Part shown: positions 22,331 to 32,527 of the stretch, one piece after another
How the letters are laid out: every line of letters starts with the position of its first letter
How positions within the stretch are numbered: the stretch's first letter is position 1
Assembly (NCBI GenBank): GCA_963664705.1
Contig: OY761556.1
Coordinates: 4,768,001-4,832,000 of the forward strand
Source: Acidobacteriota bacterium
GTDB taxonomy: Bacteria; Acidobacteriota; UBA6911
DNA length: 64,000 nucleotides
Direction: 5' to 3'
The notes under the pieces: generated by a model
What the model was told of the DNA's origin: nothing
Databases searched by the model: none
Seen by the model: only the letters and a program-made list of their open reading frames with translations
Position numbers and translations under genes: made by a program

Positions 22331-24028
22331 TCAGATTCTCGCCTTCGTCATAGTTTTCCGATCCGTTGAAATCATCTGCTGCCGATCGGATTCCTCCTGC
22401 TTTGTGATCTTCAGTTCGTTGTCGAGGCTCTGGAGTTTCTGTGTAATGACCGCCGCCTGAGCCTGCAGATTCGCGCGTTCCTGTTCGAGTTCGCGTTGTC
22501 GTTGCTCGGAAGCCTGCTGGTCCGCAAGCACCCGGGCCCGATCGTGTGCCTCCTGAACAAGGCGCGCAGAACCGGTCAGCACCTGGCCGGGACCGACATA
22601 CACCTTGGTCAACCGAATACCATGATCGGTAAGCTGGAACTCCCGCATCTGATTGGAATGAGACATCCCGCGGCTTTTGAGAAGATACAACAACCGGTTT
22701 CGTTCGCCATTGGTTTCCAGCATCCGGACAAGAAGCCAGGTGTCCATCAACGAAGAAATCGCGACATCGCTTTTCTCGAGAGATTCACCGCCTTCCGTGA
22801 GGCTGGTCAGAACCGAGGTGATCTGTCGTGTCTTCAGAAAATCCACGATTCTCGTCATCATTGCGCGAATCTCGATCTCCTCACCAATGGAAGAGAGATT
22901 GGTGACAGGATCCATCACGACGCCGGCGGGATTGAATTCAGTGATCAATTGATGGATTCGGGCCAGATGCATCTCCAATCCACACATTGTTGGTCGCACG
23001 GAATGAAAGAGGAGCAGGTTCCTTTTTCTCCACTTGTCCAAATCGATGCCGATTGATTTCATATTCCGGATAATTTGGTCCGGAGCTTCTTCAAAAGACA
23101 AATAAGCGCACTTTTCGCCTCGGCCACACATCCCGTCGACGAATGCGGCGGCGATACTCGATTTCCCCGTGCCTGCGGTTCCGGATATCAGGACGCTCGT
23201 GCCCCGAAAGTAACCTTTGCCTCCCATCATGGCATCCAACTCTGGAATGCCCGTTGAAACCCGTTCGGTGGTTACAGGATAATCCAGGCCCAGCGAACTG
23301 ATTGGGAGAACGGACAACCCATGTTCATTGATTAAGGTAGGATATTCATTGGTGCCATGCCGGGAGCCGCGGTATTTCACAATACGCAAACGCCGCGTGG
23401 CTACCTGATTGCTAACCCGATGATCCAGGAAGATAACGCAGTCACTGACGTATTCTTCAATGCCGTGGCGGGTCAGCGTATTTTGGCCCTGCTCGCCCGT
23501 TATGATGACTGTCACGCCCTTATTCTTGAGCCAGCGAAAGAGGCGACGCAATTCAGCCCTGAGAATGCTTTCATTCGGCAATCCCGCAAAGAGAGCTTCG
23601 ATAGTATCCAGAACCACGCGCCTGGCGCCCAACTCCTCAATCATGAGATTCAGGCGAACAAAGAGGCCTTCGAGATCATATTCCCCAGTCTCCTCGATTT
23701 CGCTGCGCTCTATATGCACATGATCAATCGCCATCTTTTTCCGGGCGATCAGCCGACGCACATCAAAACCCAGGGAAGCCACATTCTGGATTAATTCCGC
23801 GGCAGTCTCCTCAAAGGACATGAAGACGCCGGGTTCGTCAAACTCCTGAGCGCCTCGAACAATGAACTCCATTGCCAGAAGTGTCTTACCGCTGCCGGCG
23901 CTGCCGCAGATCAATGTTGGTCTGCCACAGGGCAGTCCGCCATCGGTGATTTCGTCGAGACCGGCAATGCCTGTCGGGCATTTTTCAATACCCGGAGAAA
24001 CACTGCGATGCGCGCTTTTTTTGGCCAT
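22331..24028 (-). CDS. kaiC: Circadian clock ATPase/kinase KaiC (double domain, C-terminal coiled-coil extension)
   Basis: CI Walker A GSAGSGKT, CII GTAGTGKS, FEE motifs, KYRGSRH/KSRGMSH arginine fingers, phospho-site segment AISSLMDT, long Q/E/R-rich tail. Confidence 0.96.
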   Translation of the reverse strand: MAKKSAHRSVSPGIEKCPTGIAGLDEITDGGLPCGRPTLICGSAGSGKTLLAMEFIVRGAQEFDEPGVFMSFEETAAELIQNVASLGFDVRRLIARKKMAIDHVHIERSEIEETGEYDLEGLFVRLNLMIEELGARRVVLDTIEALFAGLPNESILRAELRRLFRWLKNKGVTVIITGEQGQNTLTRHGIEEYVSDCVIFLDHRVSNQVATRRLRIVKYRGSRHGTNEYPTLINEHGLSVLPISSLGLDYPVTTERVSTGIPELDAMMGGKGYFRGTSVLISGTAGTGKSSIAAAFVDGMCGRGEKCAYLSFEEAPDQIIRNMKSIGIDLDKWRKRNLLLFHSVRPTMCGLEMHLARIHQLITEFNPAGVVMDPVTNLSSIGEEIEIRAMMTRIVDFLKTRQITSVLTSLTEGGESLEKSDVAISSLMDTWLLVRMLETNGERNRLLYLLKSRGMSHSNQMREFQLTDHGIRLTKVYVGPGQVLTGSARLVQEAHDRARVLADQQASEQRQRELEQERANLQAQAAVITQKLQSLDNELKITKQEESDRQQMISTDRKTMTKARI

Positions 24029-24231
24029 CCTCGAATCCTCGGTTTAGGCGTTGGGGCGCAAGTTGCAGAAAGGGAGCTTGCGCCCGGCTGGAATCATTTT
24101 CAAACACAATAAAGCTCATATTGTTGTAGTGCCAACAATTTAGCAATCAAAAAGGCTCGCTTCGCCTTCATCCCAGGCAGCGCGAGAAGGATGAACCGGT
24201 ATAAGTTGAAGGCAATCATATATTTAATGAC

Positions 24232-24821
24232 TTTGAACCGCGAAGACCTCGAAGACCGCAAAGATCTTTTGGCTAATTTTGCTGTAATGTATAAAGCATC
24301 AAGGATGGAATCCAGCATATGATCTGGCAAGAACGATAACCGCAAAACCTGCAAAAATATTTTCTTTGCGGTCTTCGCGGTTAGTGGGGCTACTAATTCG
24401 GTCAAGTCAGGTTTAATGACTTTTGTCTAAAACCGTGGTTCAGCACCTTCATTTAGTGGGCAAACTCTGGTGTGCAAAGGATAAGATTAGGATCCGACGA
24501 TCAAATCAGGTTCCATAAATAAATGGCGCTGATTAGTTTTTGTATTTGAACCGCGAAGACCTCGAAGACCGCAAAGATTTTTTGGCTAATTTTGCTGTAA
24601 TGTATGAAGCATCCAGGATGGAATCCATCATATGATCTGGCAAGAACGATAACCGCAAAACCTGCAAAAATATTTTCTTTGCGGTCTTCGAGGTCTTCGC
24701 GGTTAGTGGGGCTACTAATTCGGTCAAGTCAGGTTTAATGACTTTTGTCTAAAACCGTGGTTCAGCACCTTCATTTAGTGGGCAAACTTTGGTGTGCAAA
24801 GGATAAGATTAGGATCCGACG
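24232..24821. repeat. Tandem direct repeat, two copies (24232-24499 and 24545-24821), each with an internal inverted repeat
   Basis: Near-identical ~270-bp units, each with AACCGCGAAGACCTCGAAGACCGCAAAGA ... TCTTTGCGGTCTTC(GAGGTCTTC)GCGGTT; copy 2 has 9 extra bp. Confidence 0.93.
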
Positions 24822-24824
24822 CCA

Positions 24825-25637
24825 TTACTCAAAAACTTCACCAGGGGTTGGCCGGTAGGAACGGGCTGGTCGAGATCGGCCGATGCGGGTACCACCCATA
24901 CCAGCGACACCGGAAATCCGGAGAGTCCTGGTGTAAGCATCCATGTCCCTTTTGTGCGTCCAATAACACTCACACGACATGGAGGCAATCCGGCGCTTAT
25001 CAGTGATCTTTATCAAACGCTGACGATATGAAATCAGCCCGCTTGATTTCAGAGCCCCCAGCTCCAAGCTGACGGTTGAGCGATTCACTCCAAGCATGAG
25101 GGACAGGAATTCGTGCGTGACAGGGTAACTGTCATCCTCGGCCCAATCCGACGTCATCAGAAGCCAACGACAAAGCCTCTGTTGCACCGTGTGGAATCTA
25201 TTGCAGAGCACGAGTTGCGTGGATTGATTGTGTAGCTGCTGAAGGAACACCAGCGAGCTTTTGCAGTAAGCTGTGTCGTTCCCCAAATGACGTTTGAGGG
25301 TAGCGGCACTGATCTTAAGGGCCTCGCCAGGAATCTGTACGATATATCGGTGAGCCGAATACTGGTGACCGGTAAGGACTTCGACAGGAAGCCCACCTTC
25401 TCTGCCGACCGCGCCCACTTCAATACTATGTCCGGTTGAGCTCGCAGCAATAATGGATATGAGGCCTGAGTTCAAAAACAGAACCGAGTCGACCGTATCG
25501 CCTGCCTTGAAAAGTACGTGGCCCGGGGGAAGCAAAATGACCTCAAGATCCGGCAGTATTTTCTCCAAAACTGCCTTGGGTAGCGACAGCAGCATCCTGT
25601 TACGAATCGCGGGGCTACTCATTTTATAGCCAGACAT
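24825..25637 (-). CDS. Crp/Fnr family transcriptional regulator
   Basis: cNMP-binding-like domain (SIEVGAVGREG), CNRFHTVQQRLCRWLL, HTH THEFLSLMLGVNRSTVS, C-terminal SCECY. Confidence 0.92.
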   Translation of the reverse strand: MSGYKMSSPAIRNRMLLSLPKAVLEKILPDLEVILLPPGHVLFKAGDTVDSVLFLNSGLISIIAASSTGHSIEVGAVGREGGLPVEVLTGHQYSAHRYIVQIPGEALKISAATLKRHLGNDTAYCKSSLVFLQQLHNQSTQLVLCNRFHTVQQRLCRWLLMTSDWAEDDSYPVTHEFLSLMLGVNRSTVSLELGALKSSGLISYRQRLIKITDKRRIASMSCECYWTHKRDMDAYTRTLRISGVAGMGGTRIGRSRPARSYRPTPGEVFE

Positions 25638-25978
25638 CGAACCCTCATATCCAAAGAGTTATAAATGCCGAGGGGGTGAGAGGGGGAACCGGCTGCTGCT
25701 TCGAGACCAAAACCGACCTACCCCATGCAATAAATCGGGGCTAACTTTATCACCTTTTTGACAACGACGCTGTTGGCCGGCCAACAGGTCCAATTATTTC
25801 TTTTTGAAAATTTGATCTGGGAATGGAACCTTTGCACCGATTGATCTTACCGGACTGAGGCTAGCAAAATGGAGAGGTAAACCGGCGTTTCGTTCCTGAA
25901 GTGCAAATGCAAGGCACGAGGCAGGGGGGAGTTCTTTGTCTCAGGCAGAACAAAGCCCGCACCCACTTCCCTGCAAAC

Positions 25979-26296
25979 CTATTTCCTGGGCCGCAGGTCC
26001 AATCCAACCAAAACCCGCTCGACGTTTGACAAATCGCCTATGATCTTTCGAACCGGCACCGGCAGCTTTCGGACAAGAGTCGGGACTGCGAGAATCTGGT
26101 CGCCTCTGGCAAGTTGAGGATTTTCCAGAAGATCTATCACCTCTATTCGATAGTGGCCATCCAGATGCTCCTCGCAAATCCTCTTTAAATTCGCGAAAGC
26201 AGTCAAAGCCCTGGCAGTGCGGCCTGCTATGTAGAGCCGGAGATCCCAGGTCTCCATCTGCTTTTTGATTTTATTGCCTGATTTTTTTTGGGGCAT
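25979..26296 (-). CDS. kaiB: Second KaiB homolog
   Basis: WDLRLYIAG...[50 protein letters not shown]...VGLDL. Confidence 0.95.
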   Translation of the reverse strand: MPQKKSGNKIKKQMETWDLRLYIAGRTARALTAFANLKRICEEHLDGHYRIEVIDLLENPQLARGDQILAVPTLVRKLPVPVRKIIGDLSNVERVLVGLDLRPRK

Positions 26297-26497
26297 GGTA
26301 GTTCCCAAATCCATCTGAAGCCGTTGATCGTAGATGCACGATTATGGGTACTAGTTTTCTGCGCGAATCCACATTGTAGTTGTCCCGACAACAAGTAGGC
26401 AACGAAATAATGTGCACCACATAATTATGGTGTTGTCTGTCCTGGGCTGCAGGAATGAAGCCCTCTGGGACGGCGGCGGCCACGGGCAGCCTTAAAA

Positions 26498-27373
26498 TCA
26501 GTTCTCGGTGGGCAATTTAAGGACTTCCTCGATGACAAGCATTTCCAAAGGCGTTTTGCGCGCATCGAACTTGAGCCCCAGTTTTTCCGCCGCACCGAAA
26601 AGAGAAACCGGAGACCCCGTATCGAGCATTTGCAATGCGCTCGGTGGAAGAACCACGCCACGATTAACCGCCGCGCGCACTAACATGTTTCGGTAATCCT
26701 CTTCGGTAATATCAAACGCAAAATCGTAGCGCCCCGTGAGATTGGTCATGTCGATGATTGGGCGATCCAGGAATGAATCCAGGCTGGTGGCCAGCAGCGT
26801 CATGGTCAGCTTTTTGCCTTCGAAACGATTGTTCGCGAATGTATACGAGGCACCCTGTCCAATATTGACCGAGATCCCCTGGCTGGATCCGGTTCCGCTC
26901 GCCTCAAAGGCTGCCGGACGTTCATGATTTTCCTGGTTGGAATCGGGTAGGCTTTCATTGATCTTGAGTCCGCCCTTGCTAACTTCAAGGACATATACCG
27001 GGAATTCCTTTTTTTCCCGATGCGTCTTCAGATGAAATCTTTCAATCAGCAATGCCTGCAGCATTTCAGGTATTTGACTTGGTGGAACGCCTTCCGGGAT
27101 TTTCGCAGCAATATCAAATCGCTCGGAATTCAGCCAATCCGGTCCCGAGATCTGATAACTTTTCAACCGGTAGGCGATCCCAACATAATCCTTCAAGGCC
27201 ATTCTGCCGTGGATTTGCGCACCATCGATGCGAATGCCCAGCGTTACAGACTGCGGATCCGATTGCCCCTTTGCCGGCCGGATCGACGCCACCTCAAAAG
27301 CAGGACCGGTCTGGGCAATAGCAACGCCCGCAAGAAGGAGTAACAGGCCGAAGACAATAACCATTCGCAACAT
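26498..27373 (-). CDS. TIGR03435 / DUF3738 family secreted protein
   Basis: Signal peptide, PAFEVASIRP, QISGPDWLNSERFDIAAK, MLQALLIERFHLKTH, DRPIIDMTNLTGRYDF, KLGLKF...LPTEN. Confidence 0.92.
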   Translation of the reverse strand: MLRMVIVFGLLLLLAGVAIAQTGPAFEVASIRPAKGQSDPQSVTLGIRIDGAQIHGRMALKDYVGIAYRLKSYQISGPDWLNSERFDIAAKIPEGVPPSQIPEMLQALLIERFHLKTHREKKEFPVYVLEVSKGGLKINESLPDSNQENHERPAAFEASGTGSSQGISVNIGQGASYTFANNRFEGKKLTMTLLATSLDSFLDRPIIDMTNLTGRYDFAFDITEEDYRNMLVRAAVNRGVVLPPSALQMLDTGSPVSLFGAAEKLGLKFDARKTPLEMLVIEEVLKLPTEN

Positions 27374-27634
27374 AGTTCTCTTTCCTTTGGAAAGAACATC
27401 CAGGCCCGGATAACTAAAGCTCCCCTAAGTGGCCGGCGGATCGCGTCTCTCCCGACATTTCATTCCTATAGTACGTTGTCCCTCGCAGGAAGGTCTCAGG
27501 TGTGTGGCGTATTTTTATCCGCGAACAATTTCATCAGCGGCTTCCGTGCGTATGATGCCCCTGCGGTGAATTTGCCACAACAGCGGGAAATAACGCTCTT
27601 CCCCGTTGTTCTCGCAGGACAACCATTATATTGT

Positions 27635-28624
27635 ATGAACTACAAACCGGATCTGGAAGTGGCGGCACCCCATTCTTTGCCATGTTGTTCCCGTTGGAGG
27701 AAGTTTTTGGTCAGGCAGGCAGGGTACTCCCTGGAGCATATTGCTTTTGAAGGCAAAACTGTAAACCGTTCGAGTCGTTTGCGGCATGCGCCGGCACACG
27801 CCGTCGTCGCCGGCATGGACTCGGACGATCTCACGCAACAGGATCGCTGCGAAGAACCCATCCCCTCGATTTTGCAGGCGGCTGGTTTATCAGAGAAGGC
27901 TTACCGCGCCGCTTCCATGAACCGGCGGCTGAATGCATGCCTGCGGTCCTTGAAAGCAACAACAGTCCCGGAAGCCGCCCATCTCCTCATCAAGCACCCG
28001 GAGCTGAAGGAACCTGCGCTGGACGCTCTCCTGATCGGGGTTACCGAATTTTTCCGTGACCGGCCGGTTTTCGATGCACTCAGCCGGCTTATCGAGACAG
28101 ATCTTCCCCAAAGGACCGGGACTTTGCGTGTCTGGAGTGCAGGGTGCTCCAGCGGAGCGGAATTGTACAGCATGGCCTTTCTCCTTGCAGAAGCCGGGCT
28201 TCTTCACCGGAGCATTCTGTTGGGAACCGACTGCAGGAAATCGGCCATTCGCGAAGCCAGGGCTGGACTCTACAGCGCATCCTGTCTGCAAACCCTGGAT
28301 CCATTGCTTCGAGAGAAATATTTCCGGAAGGTCGGGACGCAATGGCAGGTCCTGGATTCCGTCCGTTCCCATGTTCGGTGCCGGACCCAGGACTTGCTTT
28401 CGGTCTGCGAAAAAGGGCCCTGGGACATCATCCTCTGGAGAAACATGGCCATTTATTTCGAGACAAACGCCAGCCACCAGATTTGGAGCCGCATTACCAA
28501 AGAAATGCGTCCCGGCGGCCTGATCGTCACAGGAAAGGCAGAGCGCCCGCCCCATTCCATCGGTCTTAGTACTCTAAGCAGAAGTATCTATCGCCGGGAA
28601 AAGGGCAGCGGGCGATTGAGATAA
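27635..28624 (+). CDS. cheR: CheR-type protein-glutamate methyltransferase (start uncertain)
   Basis: LLIGVTEFFRD, LRVWSAGCSSGAELYSMA, LGTD, WDIILWRNMAIYF, GGLIVTGKAE. Confidence 0.85.
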   Translation: MNYKPDLEVAAPHSLPCCSRWRKFLVRQAGYSLEHIAFEGKTVNRSSRLRHAPAHAVVAGMDSDDLTQQDRCEEPIPSILQAAGLSEKAYRAASMNRRLNACLRSLKATTVPEAAHLLIKHPELKEPALDALLIGVTEFFRDRPVFDALSRLIETDLPQRTGTLRVWSAGCSSGAELYSMAFLLAEAGLLHRSILLGTDCRKSAIREARAGLYSASCLQTLDPLLREKYFRKVGTQWQVLDSVRSHVRCRTQDLLSVCEKGPWDIILWRNMAIYFETNASHQIWSRITKEMRPGGLIVTGKAERPPHSIGLSTLSRSIYRREKGSGRLR

Positions 28625-28639
28625 GTTGGAGATTTCAGA

Positions 28640-31600
28640 ATGATCCGAAACACAAGGATAGTGACCAGTTTTGTTGCGGTCCTGATTGTAGTCAGCCTTT
28701 TTGGGCTGGCCTCCTACATCAACACCCAACGCCTGATCAGCGGCAACAAGTGGTTACTGCACACACACCAGGTAGTCGAAAACCTCCAGGAAATCCTGTC
28801 TGTACTCAAGGATGCTGAAACCGGACAACGCGGCTATATCCTTTCAGGCCAGGATCACTACCTGGAACCCTATAACATCGCGACCAGCCGCATTGAAAGC
28901 CGATTTGCAATATTGGCTGAACTGATCCAGGACGATGCCGTCCAGCAATCGAACCTTGATCGCCTCCAACGGATGACTGCCTTGAAGCTGGATGAACTGA
29001 AACAGACGATTGAGCTGCGGCGCCGCTCCGGTCTGGACGCGGCCATGCCCATCATCCTCAGCGACCGCGGCAAAAATACAATGGACGACATCCGGGGTCT
29101 CGTCTCGCGGATGGACGAACGCGAACGGGCAGATCTTCAGCTGCAGCAAAAAGATTCCGAGAGCAGAGCGCGGATGACCATGTGGACAATCGCAGCGGGA
29201 CTGCCATTGTCCTTATTGGTTCTGGCGGTAGCGGCCCTCACGCTGACAGGCAGCGGCCTATATACCGATGCAATTGCCGGGCTGGTCACCAAACGATCCC
29301 TGTGGGAAAAGAGATTTCTACGCTATTTCCTTGCCATCGTCGCTGCCGTCCTGGCAGGAATTCTCCGGCAGTGGCTTCTGCATTTTGGCCCCTTGCCGCT
29401 ATACATTACGTTCTACCCCGCCGTTCTGCTGGTGGCCACGATCAGCGGCGGAGGCCCCGGCATCATCACTACTGTCTTGTCGGGATTCATTACCCTCTAC
29501 TATTTCATTACACCCCATGGACAGTTTTCAATCGAATCTCCGTCGGATCTGCTGGCTTTGGCCATCTTTATCGGAACCAACCTGACCCTGTGTGTGATTG
29601 CCGAACGCCTTAGACGGGCCCGTTGGGCCGAGGCCATGAGCATTGCAAAACAGCAGGAATCCGAGGAACTGGCGAAAAAGAATGAAGAGTTGGTCCAGCA
29701 GTCGGAAGAGCTCCTGCAACAATCGGAAGAGCTGGCTCAGCAAAACGAGGAACTCCAGTCCCAGTCCGAGGAAATACAAACGCTCAACACCGAGCTGACC
29801 GGTCGGGAAAACATGCTTCGGAAACTTCTCGAAGCCGCCCGGTTGCATCACTCCGAGGAGTCCGTCCTGAAGGAGGTATGCTCCGCAGCCAAAGATATCC
29901 TGGGCTCGGCAGCTTCAGCGGTTGTTATATGCGAAAAGAAAGGAGAGGCGTTGTTCATCCGCGCGCAAGCCGGATCACGGGAAACACCCAAGCCATGGGC
30001 TATCGAGGGATCCTTTCCGGGGCTGGTGATGCAGGAAGGACGCACGGCCTGCCTGAACGATTCCTCGCTGCGCCCGGACCTGAAGCTTCTCCAGGTTCCC
30101 GAGGCAACGCCATTCCAGTCCGCCCTGTCAACGCCGCTGCGTGTCGGCAGCGAGAATTTCGGAGCCGTCACCGTCTATGGCCTGCATAAACAGCAGTGGA
30201 CCGAAGAACAGTTTCGTCTGGTTGAATGGCTTGCCACACAATGCGGCCATATTTTAGAAACTCTCAAATTGCAGGATCAGCTGCGCGCAACAGCCGATCA
30301 GAACCGGCTGCTTTCCGATTTGCTTGAACACTCGGAACAGCCCTTCGGCATCGGTTATCCCGATGGGAGATTGGGTTATGTCAATGCGGCATTTGAGCGT
30401 CTCACCGGATATACAAGGCCAGAGCTTGAAACCATGGACTGGGCCAATGTATTGACGCCTCCACAGTGGCGATCCATCGAGCAGGAAAAGCTCAAAGAAC
30501 TCCAATCCACCGGACAGTCCGCACGCTATGCCAAGGAATATGCTCGAAAGGATGGCACCTGTATTCCCATAGAGCTCCTGGTTCATTTGATCAAAGACGG
30601 CAAGGACCAACCGCTCTACTACTACTCCTTTATCACCGATATTTCGGAACGCAAAAAGACCGAAGCCGAGGTGCAGAAACTCGCGCAGCAGCGTCAGTTG
30701 GCCTTGGATGCGTCCCACCTGGGCTGGTGGCATTTTGATCCGTTGACGCAGGTATCCTCCTGGGATGTGCGTTACCGCGAAATTTTTGGCGTATCCGGAC
30801 ACAGCCGCCCCAACGAGGAAATACTCAAGCGTCTCCATCCCGAAGACCTTCCCGGCGTCTGGGCCAAAGTTGAAGCCGCTCTGAATCCGGCGGATCCCAA
30901 GCCCTATTCGGCCGAATACCGCATTAACCTGCCGGATGGATCCATGAAATGGATCGAAGCCCATGGCGTGGCAACTTTCGACGGTAAAGATTCGCAGCGG
31001 CGCGCAGTGGCCCTTGTCGGCACGGTGGCGGATATTTCCGAACGAAAGCGGGCAGAGGAGTTGCTGCGGGACACCAATACTCTGCTGGAACAGAGAGTGG
31101 AGGAGAGAACAAAAGACCTGGCGCAGCGAGCCGCACAGCTTCGAGCCCTTGCCGGCGAACTGACTATGACCGAGCAGCGCGAAAGAAGTCGCCTGGCCAG
31201 GGTATTGCACGATCATCTGCAGCAACTGCTGGTCGCCGCCAAGTTTCGGCTGGCAATTCTTGGCAAAGGTGCCGAAGATCTGATCAAAAAGGCGATCACC
31301 GAAGTCGAAAGCCTGGTCGACGAATCGATTGCGGCCTCGCGATCCCTGACTGCGGAACTCAGTCCGCCGATCCTTCACGAGGCCGGACTGAAGGAGGGAT
31401 TGGAATGGCTGGCCCGAAGAATGGCGGATAAACAGGGGCTGATCGTGGATCTGGAAATGGAAGATATCGCGCCCTTGCCCGACGATCTGAAGATCATGCT
31501 GTTTGAATCGGTCCGGGAGTTGCTGTTCAACATTGTCAAGCACGCGCATACACATTCCGCATCCCTGAATCTGCGACGGGTAGACGGGCTTCTGCAATTA

Positions 31601-32239
31601 ACCATCTCGGATGAAGGGGATGGCTTCGATCCGAATGCACTGCCGAAACCCGGGGAATCCGGCCATGGATTCGGACTATTCAGTGTTCGGGAGAGACTGG
31701 AGCTTTTTGAGGGAAGCATGGAAATTCAAAGTGCTCCCGCTCAAGGCAGCCGAATCTTTCTGTCTGTCCCGATACCGGAACACTCCATTGCACCCAAGCA
31801 CGTCGATCAGCCCCCAGTGTCGCCGGAAATACCGGTCTTTCAGCAGCGCTCCGGCCCGGCGCCGGATAAAAAGATCCGCGTGCTGCTGGCGGACGATCAC
31901 TCTGTCGTCAGACAGGGGATTGCCGCCATGCTCGGCATGGAGTTGGACATGGAAGTTGTTGGAGGCGCATCCACGGGACATGAGGCGATTGCGCTCGCAG
32001 AAAAGTTGCTGCCGGATGTAATACTTATGGATATGAGTATGCCGGTTCTTAACGGGATTGAGGCCACGCGTACCATTAGCAGGGATTATCCCGAAATCAG
32101 AATTATTGGACTGTCGATGTTTGAAGACTCTGAACGGGCACAAGCCATGCGGGATGCGGGCGCTTCCGATTATTTGATGAAAAGCGGACCCGCGGAAGAG
32201 CTACTGCGTGCCATACGGGACGTTATTCATCATCGGTAA
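28640..32239 (+). CDS. Hybrid sensor kinase (CHASE3-DUF4118-coiled coil-GAF-PAS-PAS-HisKA_3-HATPase-REC)
   Basis: DAETGQRGYILSG (CHASE3), LYITFYPAVLL (DUF4118-like TM), EEL heptads, H-box LARVLHDHLQQ, receiver VLLADDH...MDMSMP. Confidence 0.92.
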   Translation: MIRNTRIVTSFVAVLIVVSLFGLASYINTQRLISGNKWLLHTHQVVENLQEILSVLKDAETGQRGYILSGQDHYLEPYNIATSRIESRFAILAELIQDDAVQQSNLDRLQRMTALKLDELKQTIELRRRSGLDAAMPIILSDRGKNTMDDIRGLVSRMDERERADLQLQQKDSESRARMTMWTIAAGLPLSLLVLAVAALTLTGSGLYTDAIAGLVTKRSLWEKRFLRYFLAIVAAVLAGILRQWLLHFGPLPLYITFYPAVLLVATISGGGPGIITTVLSGFITLYYFITPHGQFSIESPSDLLALAIFIGTNLTLCVIAERLRRARWAEAMSIAKQQESEELAKKNEELVQQSEELLQQSEELAQQNEELQSQSEEIQTLNTELTGRENMLRKLLEAARLHHSEESVLKEVCSAAKDILGSAASAVVICEKKGEALFIRAQAGSRETPKPWAIEGSFPGLVMQEGRTACLNDSSLRPDLKLLQVPEATPFQSALSTPLRVGSENFGAVTVYGLHKQQWTEEQFRLVEWLATQCGHILETLKLQDQLRATADQNRLLSDLLEHSEQPFGIGYPDGRLGYVNAAFERLTGYTRPELETMDWANVLTPPQWRSIEQEKLKELQSTGQSARYAKEYARKDGTCIPIELLVHLIKDGKDQPLYYYSFITDISERKKTEAEVQKLAQQRQLALDASHLGWWHFDPLTQVSSWDVRYREIFGVSGHSRPNEEILKRLHPEDLPGVWAKVEAALNPADPKPYSAEYRINLPDGSMKWIEAHGVATFDGKDSQRRAVALVGTVADISERKRAEELLRDTNTLLEQRVEERTKDLAQRAAQLRALAGELTMTEQRERSRLARVLHDHLQQLLVAAKFRLAILGKGAEDLIKKAITEVESLVDESIAASRSLTAELSPPILHEAGLKEGLEWLARRMADKQGLIVDLEMEDIAPLPDDLKIMLFESVRELLFNIVKHAHTHSASLNLRRVDGLLQLTISDEGDGFDPNALPKPGESGHGFGLFSVRERLELFEGSMEIQSAPAQGSRIFLSVPIPEHSIAPKHVDQPPVSPEIPVFQQRSGPAPDKKIRVLLADDHSVVRQGIAAMLGMELDMEVVGGASTGHEAIALAEKLLPDVILMDMSMPVLNGIEATRTISRDYPEIRIIGLSMFEDSERAQAMRDAGASDYLMKSGPAEELLRAIRDVIHHR

Positions 32240-32527
32240 ATCTCGGATCCGTTGCACTGGGAGCGCCATCGCTCGCCGCAGCAAATTAAAAGCACCCCAC
32301 ACCCGCACCATTCGTTTTGCAATACTGCCCAAAGTGTGATAATTAGAGCTCACTAACACGTTAACTATTGCAAGGCCCACTGCACATCATTCTGCGGTCT
32401 ATGCTTTTGCGCTGAAGTCCGGATAGTCGATGCGTACGAATAGTCGAAAGTCAGTAATCATCCGGCAGTTCGAAAAATCTATTTGAGTTATTTGTCTGAA
32501 TCGCTGTGCAAGGGTTGGAGCGGGATT

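Noticed and set aside
24100-24727. Two similar short ORFs (MTELVAPLTAK...) in the ORF track
   Set aside because: They are translations of the tandem palindromic repeat, with TTG starts and no recognisable protein features.
24232-24821. Possible CRISPR array
   Set aside because: Only two ~270-bp units with no short repeat/unique spacer periodicity, and no cas genes.
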